This document shows, piece after piece, positions 9,126 to 16,564 of a stretch of DNA of 21,013 nt. The translations under genes and the position numbers were made by a program. How positions within the stretch are numbered: position 1 is the stretch's first letter; the number at the start of each line of letters is the position of its first letter. The notes beneath the pieces are model-generated. The model worked only from the letters and a program-made list of their open reading frames with translations, ran no database searches and was not told the DNA's origin. The stretch comes from a virus (Duplodnaviria > Heunggongvirae > Uroviricota > Caudoviricetes), in the IMG/VR virus record IMGVR_UViG_3300048593_000456, positions 90,514 through 111,526 of that record. The stretch is one strand, 5' to 3'.

Positions 9126-9568
9126 AGTTATTACTAACAAGAAACCGTAAAGAAGCAATAAACGGATATGAAACCATAAGTGCTCCGCTAGCTTTAGTCA
9201 GAAACGATATAAAAAATATAGATGACATATGCTGTGATGCTGAGGCTATCAATATTAAAGTTGATAATTTTTTATCTCTATATGATTATGACGCAGTCAG
9301 AATGGTACTTCTAAAAATTTGCTCAAAACTAAGAATTGGTGGAGAGATAGTTGTAACCGATCTAGACTTTGATTTAATCGCTTATGCGTCCGGGAGAGGA
9401 TTAATTGAAGAAAAAGTTTTAAATGAATTGCTTTTTACGGAAGGTGCCTTATCATCTTTCTTTGGGTCTGAATCCATAGTGGAAACACTAACTTCGGCGG
9501 GCATTCATATTACCGAAAGATACATAGAAAACAATAGAAATTTTGTAGTAAAGGGAGTAAGATGCTAA
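9122..9568 (+). CDS. Class I SAM-methyltransferase-like protein, apparently lacking motif I
   Basis: FLSLYDYDAVRMVLLKICSKLRIGGEIVVTDLDFD resembles the LEH...E..RVLKPGG.L.I..PD core of small methyltransferases. The N-terminal KLLLTRN has no GxG loop. ATGA overlap with the upstream gene. Confidence 0.55.
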   Translation: MKLLLTRNRKEAINGYETISAPLALVRNDIKNIDDICCDAEAINIKVDNFLSLYDYDAVRMVLLKICSKLRIGGEIVVTDLDFDLIAYASGRGLIEEKVLNELLFTEGALSSFFGSESIVETLTSAGIHITERYIENNRNFVVKGVRC

Positions 9569-10305
9569 AGTTTGAAGTTCACTGTAAAGATTGTGTTTTT
9601 GCTGGAGTAAAAGACGGCGTTCAGAATGAATGTCTGCTGGGAAAGACGGATAGCATTGAAAATAAAGTATTAGAGGAAGGTTTCTATAAATTCGGTAGAC
9701 ACTGCAATTCTTTCAGAGATGAGCAATGGCTTAAAAATGTAGATGGCTGTCCAAAGGAAAAAGTCGCACTAGAAACAAAGGCAAGGCTCGGTGTTTGTAT
9801 TAACTTTATAGGAAGTTACGATAATGAACTGCTAAGAGAAACTGTAAAAAGTATTAATAATGCACAATACTATATAATTATTAATGACAGGCCGGAACAT
9901 AATAAAGATCTTTATGATATAGTCAAACAAGAAACTAATGTTCATCCGTCCAGAATTAATATAGTTCAAATTATCAATCAAAAACCTGAATATTATATAG
10001 ATGAAGGCTTTAATGCGGGCGGTAGAAACGGTTACTTCTGCTATGTAAACTCCGGAACGTTTTTTCCTCCTAATTTTATAGATCAATTAAACAATGTAAT
10101 AAATAATCAGATGAAGCCCGTGATGGTTTGTTATGACGGCAACTTTATACTGTTTCAATCTATGTTATTTAAATATCTAAACGGTAATAAAGCTAGAATG
10201 CTATCTGATGGATCTGTTGACAATAGAAATTTCTTGGAAAAAGCAGGTGACTTAAATTCGGAGAATAACTGCATTTTTGCTTGGGGAGAAATATTTAATG
10301 CATAA
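9562..10305 (+). CDS. Hypothetical protein with a Cys-containing N-terminus and a degenerate GT-A (GT2-like) domain
   Basis: CKDC..C..C at the N-terminus. LGVCINF..YDNELLRETVKSI..YYIIIND..GYFCYVNSG parallels the GT2 strand order, but NSG stands where DxD is expected. SD GGGAG upstream. Confidence 0.5.
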   Translation: MLKFEVHCKDCVFAGVKDGVQNECLLGKTDSIENKVLEEGFYKFGRHCNSFRDEQWLKNVDGCPKEKVALETKARLGVCINFIGSYDNELLRETVKSINNAQYYIIINDRPEHNKDLYDIVKQETNVHPSRINIVQIINQKPEYYIDEGFNAGGRNGYFCYVNSGTFFPPNFIDQLNNVINNQMKPVMVCYDGNFILFQSMLFKYLNGNKARMLSDGSVDNRNFLEKAGDLNSENNCIFAWGEIFNA

Positions 10306-11059
10306 AGTAACGACTGTTATAGCCAACTTTAACTATGGAGACAAGTTAATTGCATGTTTAGATAGTGCTTTTAATTGTGATACTACGGGCTTTGTGCATA
10401 AAATAGTTTTAGTAGACGATGGTTCAACGGATAACTCAGTTGAGCGTGTGAAACAAGCCTTCGGACACAAATTTAAAACTGTTTATACTAAAGGTTATTT
10501 AACTATACATACTTCGGATAATTTTGATTTTATAGTTAGTCCTAACATGGGTGCTTCCGCAGCTAGAAATACAGCAATTAAACATAGCTGGAACAATACT
10601 GAATTCTTTCACATTTTAGATTCTGACGACAAAATGACTGATAGTAAAATCGTGAAAATGCTTGAAAAAATGGAGCATCCGGAAGTAGGTGTTGTCTATG
10701 CAGATTATATCATAAAACGCCCTCTGTATTCAAAAATAGAGTTTAAATATCCTTACGATCAAAACCATTTAAAGCATGAGTGTATAGTCCATAGTGGATC
10801 TCTAATTAGAAAGCATTATTTGAATTTAGTTAAATTTTCCAATGGAGATATTTATGACATAAATTTACACGGACCCGCTAGCACTACTTTTATAGGATGC
10901 ACTGAGGATTATGATCTTTGGCTTAGATTGTCAAATGTATGTGTTATGGTTCATATTCCAGAAACACTAAGTATCGTAAGTGAGCACGGTAATAACCAGT
11001 CAATGAAAATGAGTAATGAAATTTATAAAAAAAACATGGAGTACATACAAACAAGATGA
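10298..11059 (+). CDS. Glycosyltransferase family 2 (GT-A)
   Basis: VTTVIANFNY, VLVDDGSTDNS, NMGASAARN, ILDSDD (DxD), EDYDLWLRL. ATG at 10298 with GGGGAG upstream is preferred to the TTG start at 10277. Confidence 0.93.
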   Translation: MHKVTTVIANFNYGDKLIACLDSAFNCDTTGFVHKIVLVDDGSTDNSVERVKQAFGHKFKTVYTKGYLTIHTSDNFDFIVSPNMGASAARNTAIKHSWNNTEFFHILDSDDKMTDSKIVKMLEKMEHPEVGVVYADYIIKRPLYSKIEFKYPYDQNHLKHECIVHSGSLIRKHYLNLVKFSNGDIYDINLHGPASTTFIGCTEDYDLWLRLSNVCVMVHIPETLSIVSEHGNNQSMKMSNEIYKKNMEYIQTR

Positions 11060-11724
11060 CCACAAACTTTTTATCGCTAGCGGCCAGTATAGGCAAAAGA
11101 ATAAAATCTAAAGAGCCTAGAGCAGCACTTTCTATTCGCGGAGTCCCAGTTGTATTGCGACAGTATTTTACAATTAGAAATAACTTTATAAAAGATGAAG
11201 ATTTCGCTTTTACTGTAATAGCCGGATATAAGCCCGGAAAAATTAAACGTGTCATAAAAGGATACGAAGACATCAAAATATTGATTAATGAAAATCACGC
11301 CAGTACAAATCAAGCCGAAAGCATTAGAATTTACTTGAAAGATAACAAAGTGGATAACTTGATTATTTTTCATGGAGACTTGCTTTTTATTGATGCCCCA
11401 ATGCCTAAAGAGGAATCTACATGCTTCTACGATGGATCATACGATTTTAGGCAGGATGAAGTGGGGGTCAACATACAAGATGGATATGTAAACAACTTAT
11501 CATATGGATTAGAAACAAAGTGGTCCCAAATGCTTTATTTAACAGGCAAGGAGCTTGATTTATTATATTCAATATGCGAAGCACCAAACTTTAAAAGTTA
11601 TTTCATGACATTTGAATTAATTAACCAAATCATCGCTTTGGGCGGAAAATTTAAAGCGGTGCCTCATATTGGCACTATAAACGAAATAGATTCGCTTGAA
11701 GATATTAATAACCTAGAGGGCTAA
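11056..11724 (+). CDS. Sugar-phosphate/phosphocholine-type nucleotidyltransferase (NTP_transferase, LicC/GlmU-N-like)
   Basis: LAASIGKRIKSKEPRAAL (cf. LAAGxGxRM..PK.L), VIAGYK, NENHASTNQAESI, IFHGDLLF, C-terminal EIDSLED. Confidence 0.75.
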   Translation: MTTNFLSLAASIGKRIKSKEPRAALSIRGVPVVLRQYFTIRNNFIKDEDFAFTVIAGYKPGKIKRVIKGYEDIKILINENHASTNQAESIRIYLKDNKVDNLIIFHGDLLFIDAPMPKEESTCFYDGSYDFRQDEVGVNIQDGYVNNLSYGLETKWSQMLYLTGKELDLLYSICEAPNFKSYFMTFELINQIIALGGKFKAVPHIGTINEIDSLEDINNLEG

Positions 11725-12744
11725 ATGAGAATACTTATAAGTAATGATGGAATGCACGCCCACTTTTTTGAACGAATGGCATGGGCTAACGCATTTAAAG
11801 CTTCCGGAATTGAGTGTGTTGTTTATAACTGCAAAACACTTAGAGCATTTGATGTATTCGATAAATTTCAGCCGGATATTTTTATTGGACAGTTGTACAA
11901 TCTTGACCGGGCTACAATTAAGTGCATATCCGAAAGACCGCACTTAAAAGTAGCTTTACGCGCAGGTGAATATAGAAATGAAAAAATGCCACCGGAGATA
12001 TTACAAACAACTGGTGCGGATTTAAAAAATCTGAATGAATTGATTGAAAATCATGGACTTCCAAGTTTTATATATACTCACTATTTTCAACAAGACATTG
12101 AAGATACGCACCATTTGTTTAAGGATAAATTCGGAATAAAGCTTACGGGCGTTCCTATGTCGGGAGACATTCTGGCGTATGGCAATGCTGAATTCAAAGA
12201 CTATTTACAGTGCGATATAGGATTCGTCGGGGGTTATTGGCCATACAAGGGTAGAATCATAGATCAATATTTAACTAGAATACTTAACGACTTTAGATTT
12301 CACGTTAAGATTTTTGGCAATCAATTGTGGCCGCATGTTAATCAGTATTGCGGAGTTCTTAATGACGAAGATGTAAAAAACCTATTTGTTTCAGCCAAGA
12401 TATGCCCTAATTTAAGTGAGCCTCACTCACATACCTATGGTATCGATGTTAATGAAAGAGCCTTTAAGGTTCTAGCTGCGGGCGGATTTTGTATTATGGA
12501 TAATGTAAAGCGTGCTAAGGAAATATTCAAAGATGGTGTTGTATTCGTAGATAGCGATGCAGGATTTGAAGAAGCTGTTGAATACTTCGTCATGGAATCT
12601 AACACCGAACAAAGAATGGAAATAGCTAGGAAGGGTCATGAAATTGTTATGAAAGAGCATACAAACTTTCATCGGGCCAGTACAATACTGGAAAATTTTG
12701 GCGAACACTCACATGCCGATAATATATTAAAGGGCTTACAATGA
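11725..12744 (+). CDS. CgeB-like glycosyltransferase (GT-B, Glyco_trans_1_2 type)
   Basis: DIGFVGGYW, KIFGNQLW, LFVSAKICPNLSEPH, DVNERAFKVLAAGGFCIMD, HEIVMKEHTNFHRA match the CgeB C-terminal pattern (F-V-G...N-x-R-x-F-E/K...G-G-F...H-T-Y/N-x-x-R). Confidence 0.85.
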   Translation: MRILISNDGMHAHFFERMAWANAFKASGIECVVYNCKTLRAFDVFDKFQPDIFIGQLYNLDRATIKCISERPHLKVALRAGEYRNEKMPPEILQTTGADLKNLNELIENHGLPSFIYTHYFQQDIEDTHHLFKDKFGIKLTGVPMSGDILAYGNAEFKDYLQCDIGFVGGYWPYKGRIIDQYLTRILNDFRFHVKIFGNQLWPHVNQYCGVLNDEDVKNLFVSAKICPNLSEPHSHTYGIDVNERAFKVLAAGGFCIMDNVKRAKEIFKDGVVFVDSDAGFEEAVEYFVMESNTEQRMEIARKGHEIVMKEHTNFHRASTILENFGEHSHADNILKGLQ

Positions 12745-13217
12745 AAATAGCATCAGTTGTAGAAAATCTTTCTCTTAACCAGAGTAATTTTTTCATGACT
12801 AAAACATTTAACAGGCTGGGTGAACACGGAATAGAGCCATTTTGTTTTTACGGAGATCTTACGGCCACCGGAATAAAACCTAATTTTGCCATTATGAATG
12901 TTTATTATTTAAATAACTTTTATAACGGAATCATTATATGCAATACTATTAATACCCTAAAGATATTAAAAACTATTAATACTAATGCCCGTAAAATGTT
13001 TTATGTTTGGGACTTAGAATGGCTAAGGCTAAATAAGTCGGGAGTTCTCAATTACAAAGAAACTGTAGATATTTTGTGTAATCATAATATAGAGTTAATA
13101 GCTAGATCTGAAAATCATGCAAGTGCTATTAAGAACTATTGTAACCGAAAGGTTGATTATATTATCAGTGATTGGAATATAGATGAAATAAGAGGACTTT
13201 ATGACAGAAGACGTTAA
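12741..13217 (+). CDS. Hypothetical protein, probably a single Rossmann-like (GT-B N-terminal-like) domain
   Basis: Alternating beta/alpha pattern with KMFYVWDLEW and IARSENHASAI resembling GT-B N-domain segments. No E-x7-E C-domain. ATGA overlap with the CgeB-like gene. Confidence 0.5.
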   Translation: MKIASVVENLSLNQSNFFMTKTFNRLGEHGIEPFCFYGDLTATGIKPNFAIMNVYYLNNFYNGIIICNTINTLKILKTINTNARKMFYVWDLEWLRLNKSGVLNYKETVDILCNHNIELIARSENHASAIKNYCNRKVDYIISDWNIDEIRGLYDRRR

Positions 13218-13983
13218 TTTTAAAATGAAGGAAGACTATGAAACTGGTTTAAGTATGGGCGAAATAGCAAAAAAATATAAGCGAAGCCAAACTACCGTTC
13301 ATAGAATATTTAAAAAGATGGGTGTTCACATTAGAAGTGCATCAGAGGCTCAAAAATTAGCCCTAGCAACTGGCCGTTCTAAGAACCCGACAGCAGGAGT
13401 TGGTCATAGTGTAGAGGCCAAGGTTGCCATGAGCGACAAAGCGGCTAATAGGTGGGCTAGAATGACTGATGCGGACAGAGACAAGTTCAAAGCTGCCGCA
13501 AAGGAGCGTTGGTCTAAATTAAGCGATTTCGATAAAAAAGAAATGCTTAGACTTGCCGGTGTTGCCCTACGAAGAGTTGCTACAGAAGGCTCTGAAATAG
13601 AACAGTATTTAGAAGGAGCTTTGGTTAAAGAAGGTTTTGTTGTACTGAAACACGTAAAGAATTTTATGGGTGGAGAATACGAAATCGACCTTCTTTTAAA
13701 GGATGAAGGTATTGCTATAGAACTAGACGGGCCGCATCACTTTCTGCCTATCTTCGGAGAAGAAAGACTAGAAAAAACAATGCGTTTCGATGCGGCGAAA
13801 AACGGTAGTCTTATAGGAATGGGATTAACAATTGTACGTGTTAAATGTATGTATAAAAATTTAACAGAAAAAATGAAAAGAGATACGTTATCTCTTATAG
13901 TGGAAAGCGTAAGGAAAATTCGTGCTGGCGAAGTTACCAGTAAACTTGTAGAGGTTGAATTAAGCAATGGGAAAGAAGATTGA
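13201..13983 (+). CDS. HTH + NUMOD3-like repeats + Vsr/DUF559-type endonuclease (free-standing homing-endonuclease-like)
   Basis: N-terminal HTH GLSMGEIAKKYKRSQTTVHRIF, basic helical repeats (SVEAKVAMS, AKERWSKLS), C-terminal EIDLL..IAIELDGPHH..DAAKN..L..G..IVRV. SD GAGGA. Confidence 0.8.
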   Translation: MTEDVNFKMKEDYETGLSMGEIAKKYKRSQTTVHRIFKKMGVHIRSASEAQKLALATGRSKNPTAGVGHSVEAKVAMSDKAANRWARMTDADRDKFKAAAKERWSKLSDFDKKEMLRLAGVALRRVATEGSEIEQYLEGALVKEGFVVLKHVKNFMGGEYEIDLLLKDEGIAIELDGPHHFLPIFGEERLEKTMRFDAAKNGSLIGMGLTIVRVKCMYKNLTEKMKRDTLSLIVESVRKIRAGEVTSKLVEVELSNGKED

Positions 13984-14698
13984 AGCTGTTGTAGGAAGTG
14001 ATGTTATCGCTAGCGAAACTCCTGAGTATGGTTCGGAGGGGTGGGATTCATACGTAATGTCATTATTTAAACCCGAGGAATTAATTGATGGTAAACCGCG
14101 ATGCGTAGGGCTTAGGCGTGTTGGACGTACAGTGCTCGGAGACCCCGTTTTTACCGGACCTATTCACGTATCTCCTGCCACCGATAATGATGGTCCGGGG
14201 CGAGCCACGGTTGTATACCAGATGGTGTTTAAGTTTGCTGATGGACAGCGTACATTCGGTGATGTTGCTGACGTTTGGCACGGTAATACCGACGACATGT
14301 TTGCGGCCCACCCTGTAGCTTGTGCGTCCACCAAAGCAGAAGCCCGTTGTTGGCGTAAGGCTTTATTAATCAGTGCTGTTTCGGCGGAAGAGTTAACAAT
14401 TAAAGATACGGCCTCTATAGTAAGGGATTTAGTATCCAAGTCTGTTAAAGTTGGAGCCGTAACAAATGGGGAAATTAATGACTCGGACAAAATGAGTGAT
14501 CAGCAACGTAACCTGATTAGTATCAAGTGTAAGCAGCTTAATGTCGATCCTAGAAATCTTGCTGGTTGCGATAAGCCCGAAAAATGGACCAAAAAGTTTG
14601 CTTCTTCGTTAATCACTAAGATCAACGAGGCTCAGCAAACAGGAGTTCCTGCGGAAGTATCCGGGTTTAGTTATAACCCCAACTGGTTTAGTCTATAG
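13967..14698 (+). CDS. Probable single-strand annealing protein (Rad52/Sak/ERF-like superfamily)
   Basis: Beta-rich core ending in ACASTKAEARCWRKALLISAVSAEEL, like the A-x-T-x-A-x-x-R-A-L helix of SSAPs. Then a linker and a small C-terminal domain, MSDQQRNLI..WTKKFASSLITKI, typical of SSAP tails. Confidence 0.55.
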   Translation: MGKKIEAVVGSDVIASETPEYGSEGWDSYVMSLFKPEELIDGKPRCVGLRRVGRTVLGDPVFTGPIHVSPATDNDGPGRATVVYQMVFKFADGQRTFGDVADVWHGNTDDMFAAHPVACASTKAEARCWRKALLISAVSAEELTIKDTASIVRDLVSKSVKVGAVTNGEINDSDKMSDQQRNLISIKCKQLNVDPRNLAGCDKPEKWTKKFASSLITKINEAQQTGVPAEVSGFSYNPNWFSL

Positions 14699-15545
14699 AA
14701 AGAAAAAAACTATCAAAGTGCTCTTTCATGAATGCTCTGATATTTTCTGCGTCCGGGGACGTTTTTAAATTCGTTAGTATTTCTTCCTGATTTTTGTAGG
14801 GATAGATATTTCTTCCGGCTTTAAAAATGCTCTCGGACTTTTTCATTGTGTCATACATAAAATCTTGAAACTCTTGATTGTTCCAATACTCAGGATCTAA
14901 GTCTTTAATTGCCATACATGTAGCTACTGAGTAAACCGCGAATTCTATCGGGCCTACCATCGGATCTAACGAATCAACCCTTTTTCCGTTTTTATGATCA
15001 TCCAGAGCTACTATAGAACCGTTTATATATGATACGAATTCATCTATGATGTATAACGGATATTCTGCCCACGATTTATTTCTCCCGAAATAAGTGTTGA
15101 ACCTACTAAACCTTAAGGACGCAGGAATATATCTCTCGATTTCTTTTCTTAGGAATTTTGGTTGTTCGATATGAAAAGATTTGTCAGGAAATATATAAAA
15201 TGCCCCCGGAAAAGTTTTTACCCTATGACTTAAAACATCATCGTTTCTTAATTGTGAATGTATAAAATGAGTGCTTTCATGAGCATTTGTCATTCTCTGA
15301 TTATCTAGTTGGGGAGTTCTACATCTAGATATAATTTGCCCGTAAGCATCTTTCATATCGAAATTATTTACCACCGGGACATTTCTGGTTGTAAAAAAGC
15401 GTTTGCGGGCCGGAACAGGTTTCGGTTCAGGTTTTATGACTACTTCTTTTTTTTCTTCCGCACGGGTTTTATCCTCGGGATCTTGTGGGTTATAAAATGC
15501 AAAAAATAGCAAGCCTATGATAATTAGTATTTTCATAATATTCAT
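14688..15545 (-). CDS. Membrane-anchored or secreted HExxH zinc metallopeptidase-like protein (start may be 15536)
   Basis: N-terminal hydrophobic segment ILIIIGLLFFAFY, then a Pro/Lys/Glu linker. H89-E-S-T-H93 zincin motif and a candidate third ligand E169 in YIIDEFVSY. Confidence 0.65.
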   Translation of the reverse strand: MNIMKILIIIGLLFFAFYNPQDPEDKTRAEEKKEVVIKPEPKPVPARKRFFTTRNVPVVNNFDMKDAYGQIISRCRTPQLDNQRMTNAHESTHFIHSQLRNDDVLSHRVKTFPGAFYIFPDKSFHIEQPKFLRKEIERYIPASLRFSRFNTYFGRNKSWAEYPLYIIDEFVSYINGSIVALDDHKNGKRVDSLDPMVGPIEFAVYSVATCMAIKDLDPEYWNNQEFQDFMYDTMKKSESIFKAGRNIYPYKNQEEILTNLKTSPDAENIRAFMKEHFDSFFLSID

Positions 15546-15551
15546 GATAAT

Positions 15552-15576
15552 AAAAAAACCCCTTCAAACGAAGGGG
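15552..15576 (-). terminator. Rho-independent terminator
   Basis: The minus strand reads CCCCTTC-GTTT-GAAGGGG-TTTTTTT: a 7-bp GC-rich stem, 4-nt loop and 7 U, 28 nt downstream of the 15604 stop. Confidence 0.9.
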
Positions 15577-15603
15577 CCGATAAAAACTTAGAATAAAAAT
15601 ATC

Positions 15604-16512
15604 TTAGAGGTATTCGCAGCTAAATTGTAGTGCATAATTACTCTTACTTCCTACTGTTAATGGAGTCGCTGAAATTGCTACTCTCCAAGTATGTCTTGTG
15701 TCTACACCAGTTCCGCCGAAAGTTCTGGTTGTTGAGTTAGCCCCAATGTTTGCTAGATTAGGACTTGATGTATTATAGTATTGTAGCCACTTAGGTTTAT
15801 ACGCTGTATCATAAGTTCCATCCAAGAATCTTTGTCCAGATCCGGGATTATCTAACAGAGGAACAACAATTCCACTTCCGCCAACAGTATCGTCGTCACC
15901 AGTTAAAGCACCCAGACGAGAATCGCCGTTAAGCTTAGGGTCTGCCGTTGATCCATTGCGGAACACAATACCGCTACTATTTTGCCATGTAAATTGAGCA
16001 CACTGATTAGAGGGCCAAGCCTCGCCCCACCAAACATGATCACCAGAACCGATTGGGTTTCCTCCGATTCCATCACCGGATGTATTTGCACTTCCGGGAC
16101 CAGCCACCCAAGTAGCATATGCCTGACCGTTAAAATTAACTAATTCAGCAACTTTAGTGTTAACGCCCGAGGCGGGATTGTTAATACTGACTCTATCGTA
16201 TATTCTTAGTTGGGCATTTTGAACGTTTACGGCAGTGCTATGAGTAAAATTTATATCAAGAGTTCTGTGATGGCTATTTAGCCTAGACAAAGGAATGCCG
16301 GAAGTATCTGTATCTGGTATACCAGAAGCGGCTGCGGTAAACTTAAAGTTATAAGCATTTCCGCCATTTATGGTTCCGTCAGCATTAGTGATAAATGTTT
16401 TATCTTGATAAGCACCTATTTGTACTGAGCTTCCGAAAGAAGACCCGTAAAAACCAAGTCCAGACCCGTTTAGGTTAGGTGTGTTGTATGTTCCAAAAGA
16501 AATTTCTGCCAT
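15604..16512 (-). CDS. Probable virion structural protein (G/S/T/N-rich), function unknown
   Basis: 302-aa ORF, beta-rich composition, strong SD (AAGAGGA) and downstream terminator, suggesting a highly expressed late gene. Confidence 0.6.
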   Translation of the reverse strand: MAEISFGTYNTPNLNGSGLGFYGSSFGSSVQIGAYQDKTFITNADGTINGGNAYNFKFTAAASGIPDTDTSGIPLSRLNSHHRTLDINFTHSTAVNVQNAQLRIYDRVSINNPASGVNTKVAELVNFNGQAYATWVAGPGSANTSGDGIGGNPIGSGDHVWWGEAWPSNQCAQFTWQNSSGIVFRNGSTADPKLNGDSRLGALTGDDDTVGGSGIVVPLLDNPGSGQRFLDGTYDTAYKPKWLQYYNTSSPNLANIGANSTTRTFGGTGVDTRHTWRVAISATPLTVGSKSNYALQFSCEYL

Positions 16513-16538
16513 TTAATCCTCTTATTTATTGAAAAATG

Positions 16539-16560
16539 TTGTTAACAATTATAAATACAC
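16539..16560 (-). promoter_or_regulatory. Candidate promoter for the 15604-16512 gene: GTGTATT-TATAAT plus palindrome TTGTTAACAA
   Basis: In the only sizeable intergenic gap of the block, the minus strand reads GTGTATTTATAATTGTTAACAA. Perfect -10 hexamer at 16553-16548, no recognisable -35, and a 10-bp palindrome at 16539-16548. Confidence 0.45.
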
Positions 16561-16564
16561 AATT

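Noticed and set aside
10277-10297. TTG start for the GT2 gene given by the ORF track
   Set aside because: ATG at 10298 has a GGGGAG SD, overlaps the upstream stop like the other junctions, and starts right at the first GT2 strand.
5431-13217. Reading the GT cluster as an ordinary bacterial LPS/capsule locus
   Set aside because: There is no flippase, polymerase, ABC exporter, initiating phosphoglycosyltransferase or membrane protein, and it is flanked by phage-type replication and virion genes.
15604-16512. Seven N-x-S/T sequons in the structural protein as evidence that it is the glycan acceptor
   Set aside because: With about 28 Asn and about 20% Ser+Thr, roughly 5-6 are expected by chance, so seven is not informative.
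16550-16557. T4-type late promoter TATAAATA
   Set aside because: It is on the + strand while all local genes are on the - strand. It is probably a by-product of the AT-rich minus-strand motif.
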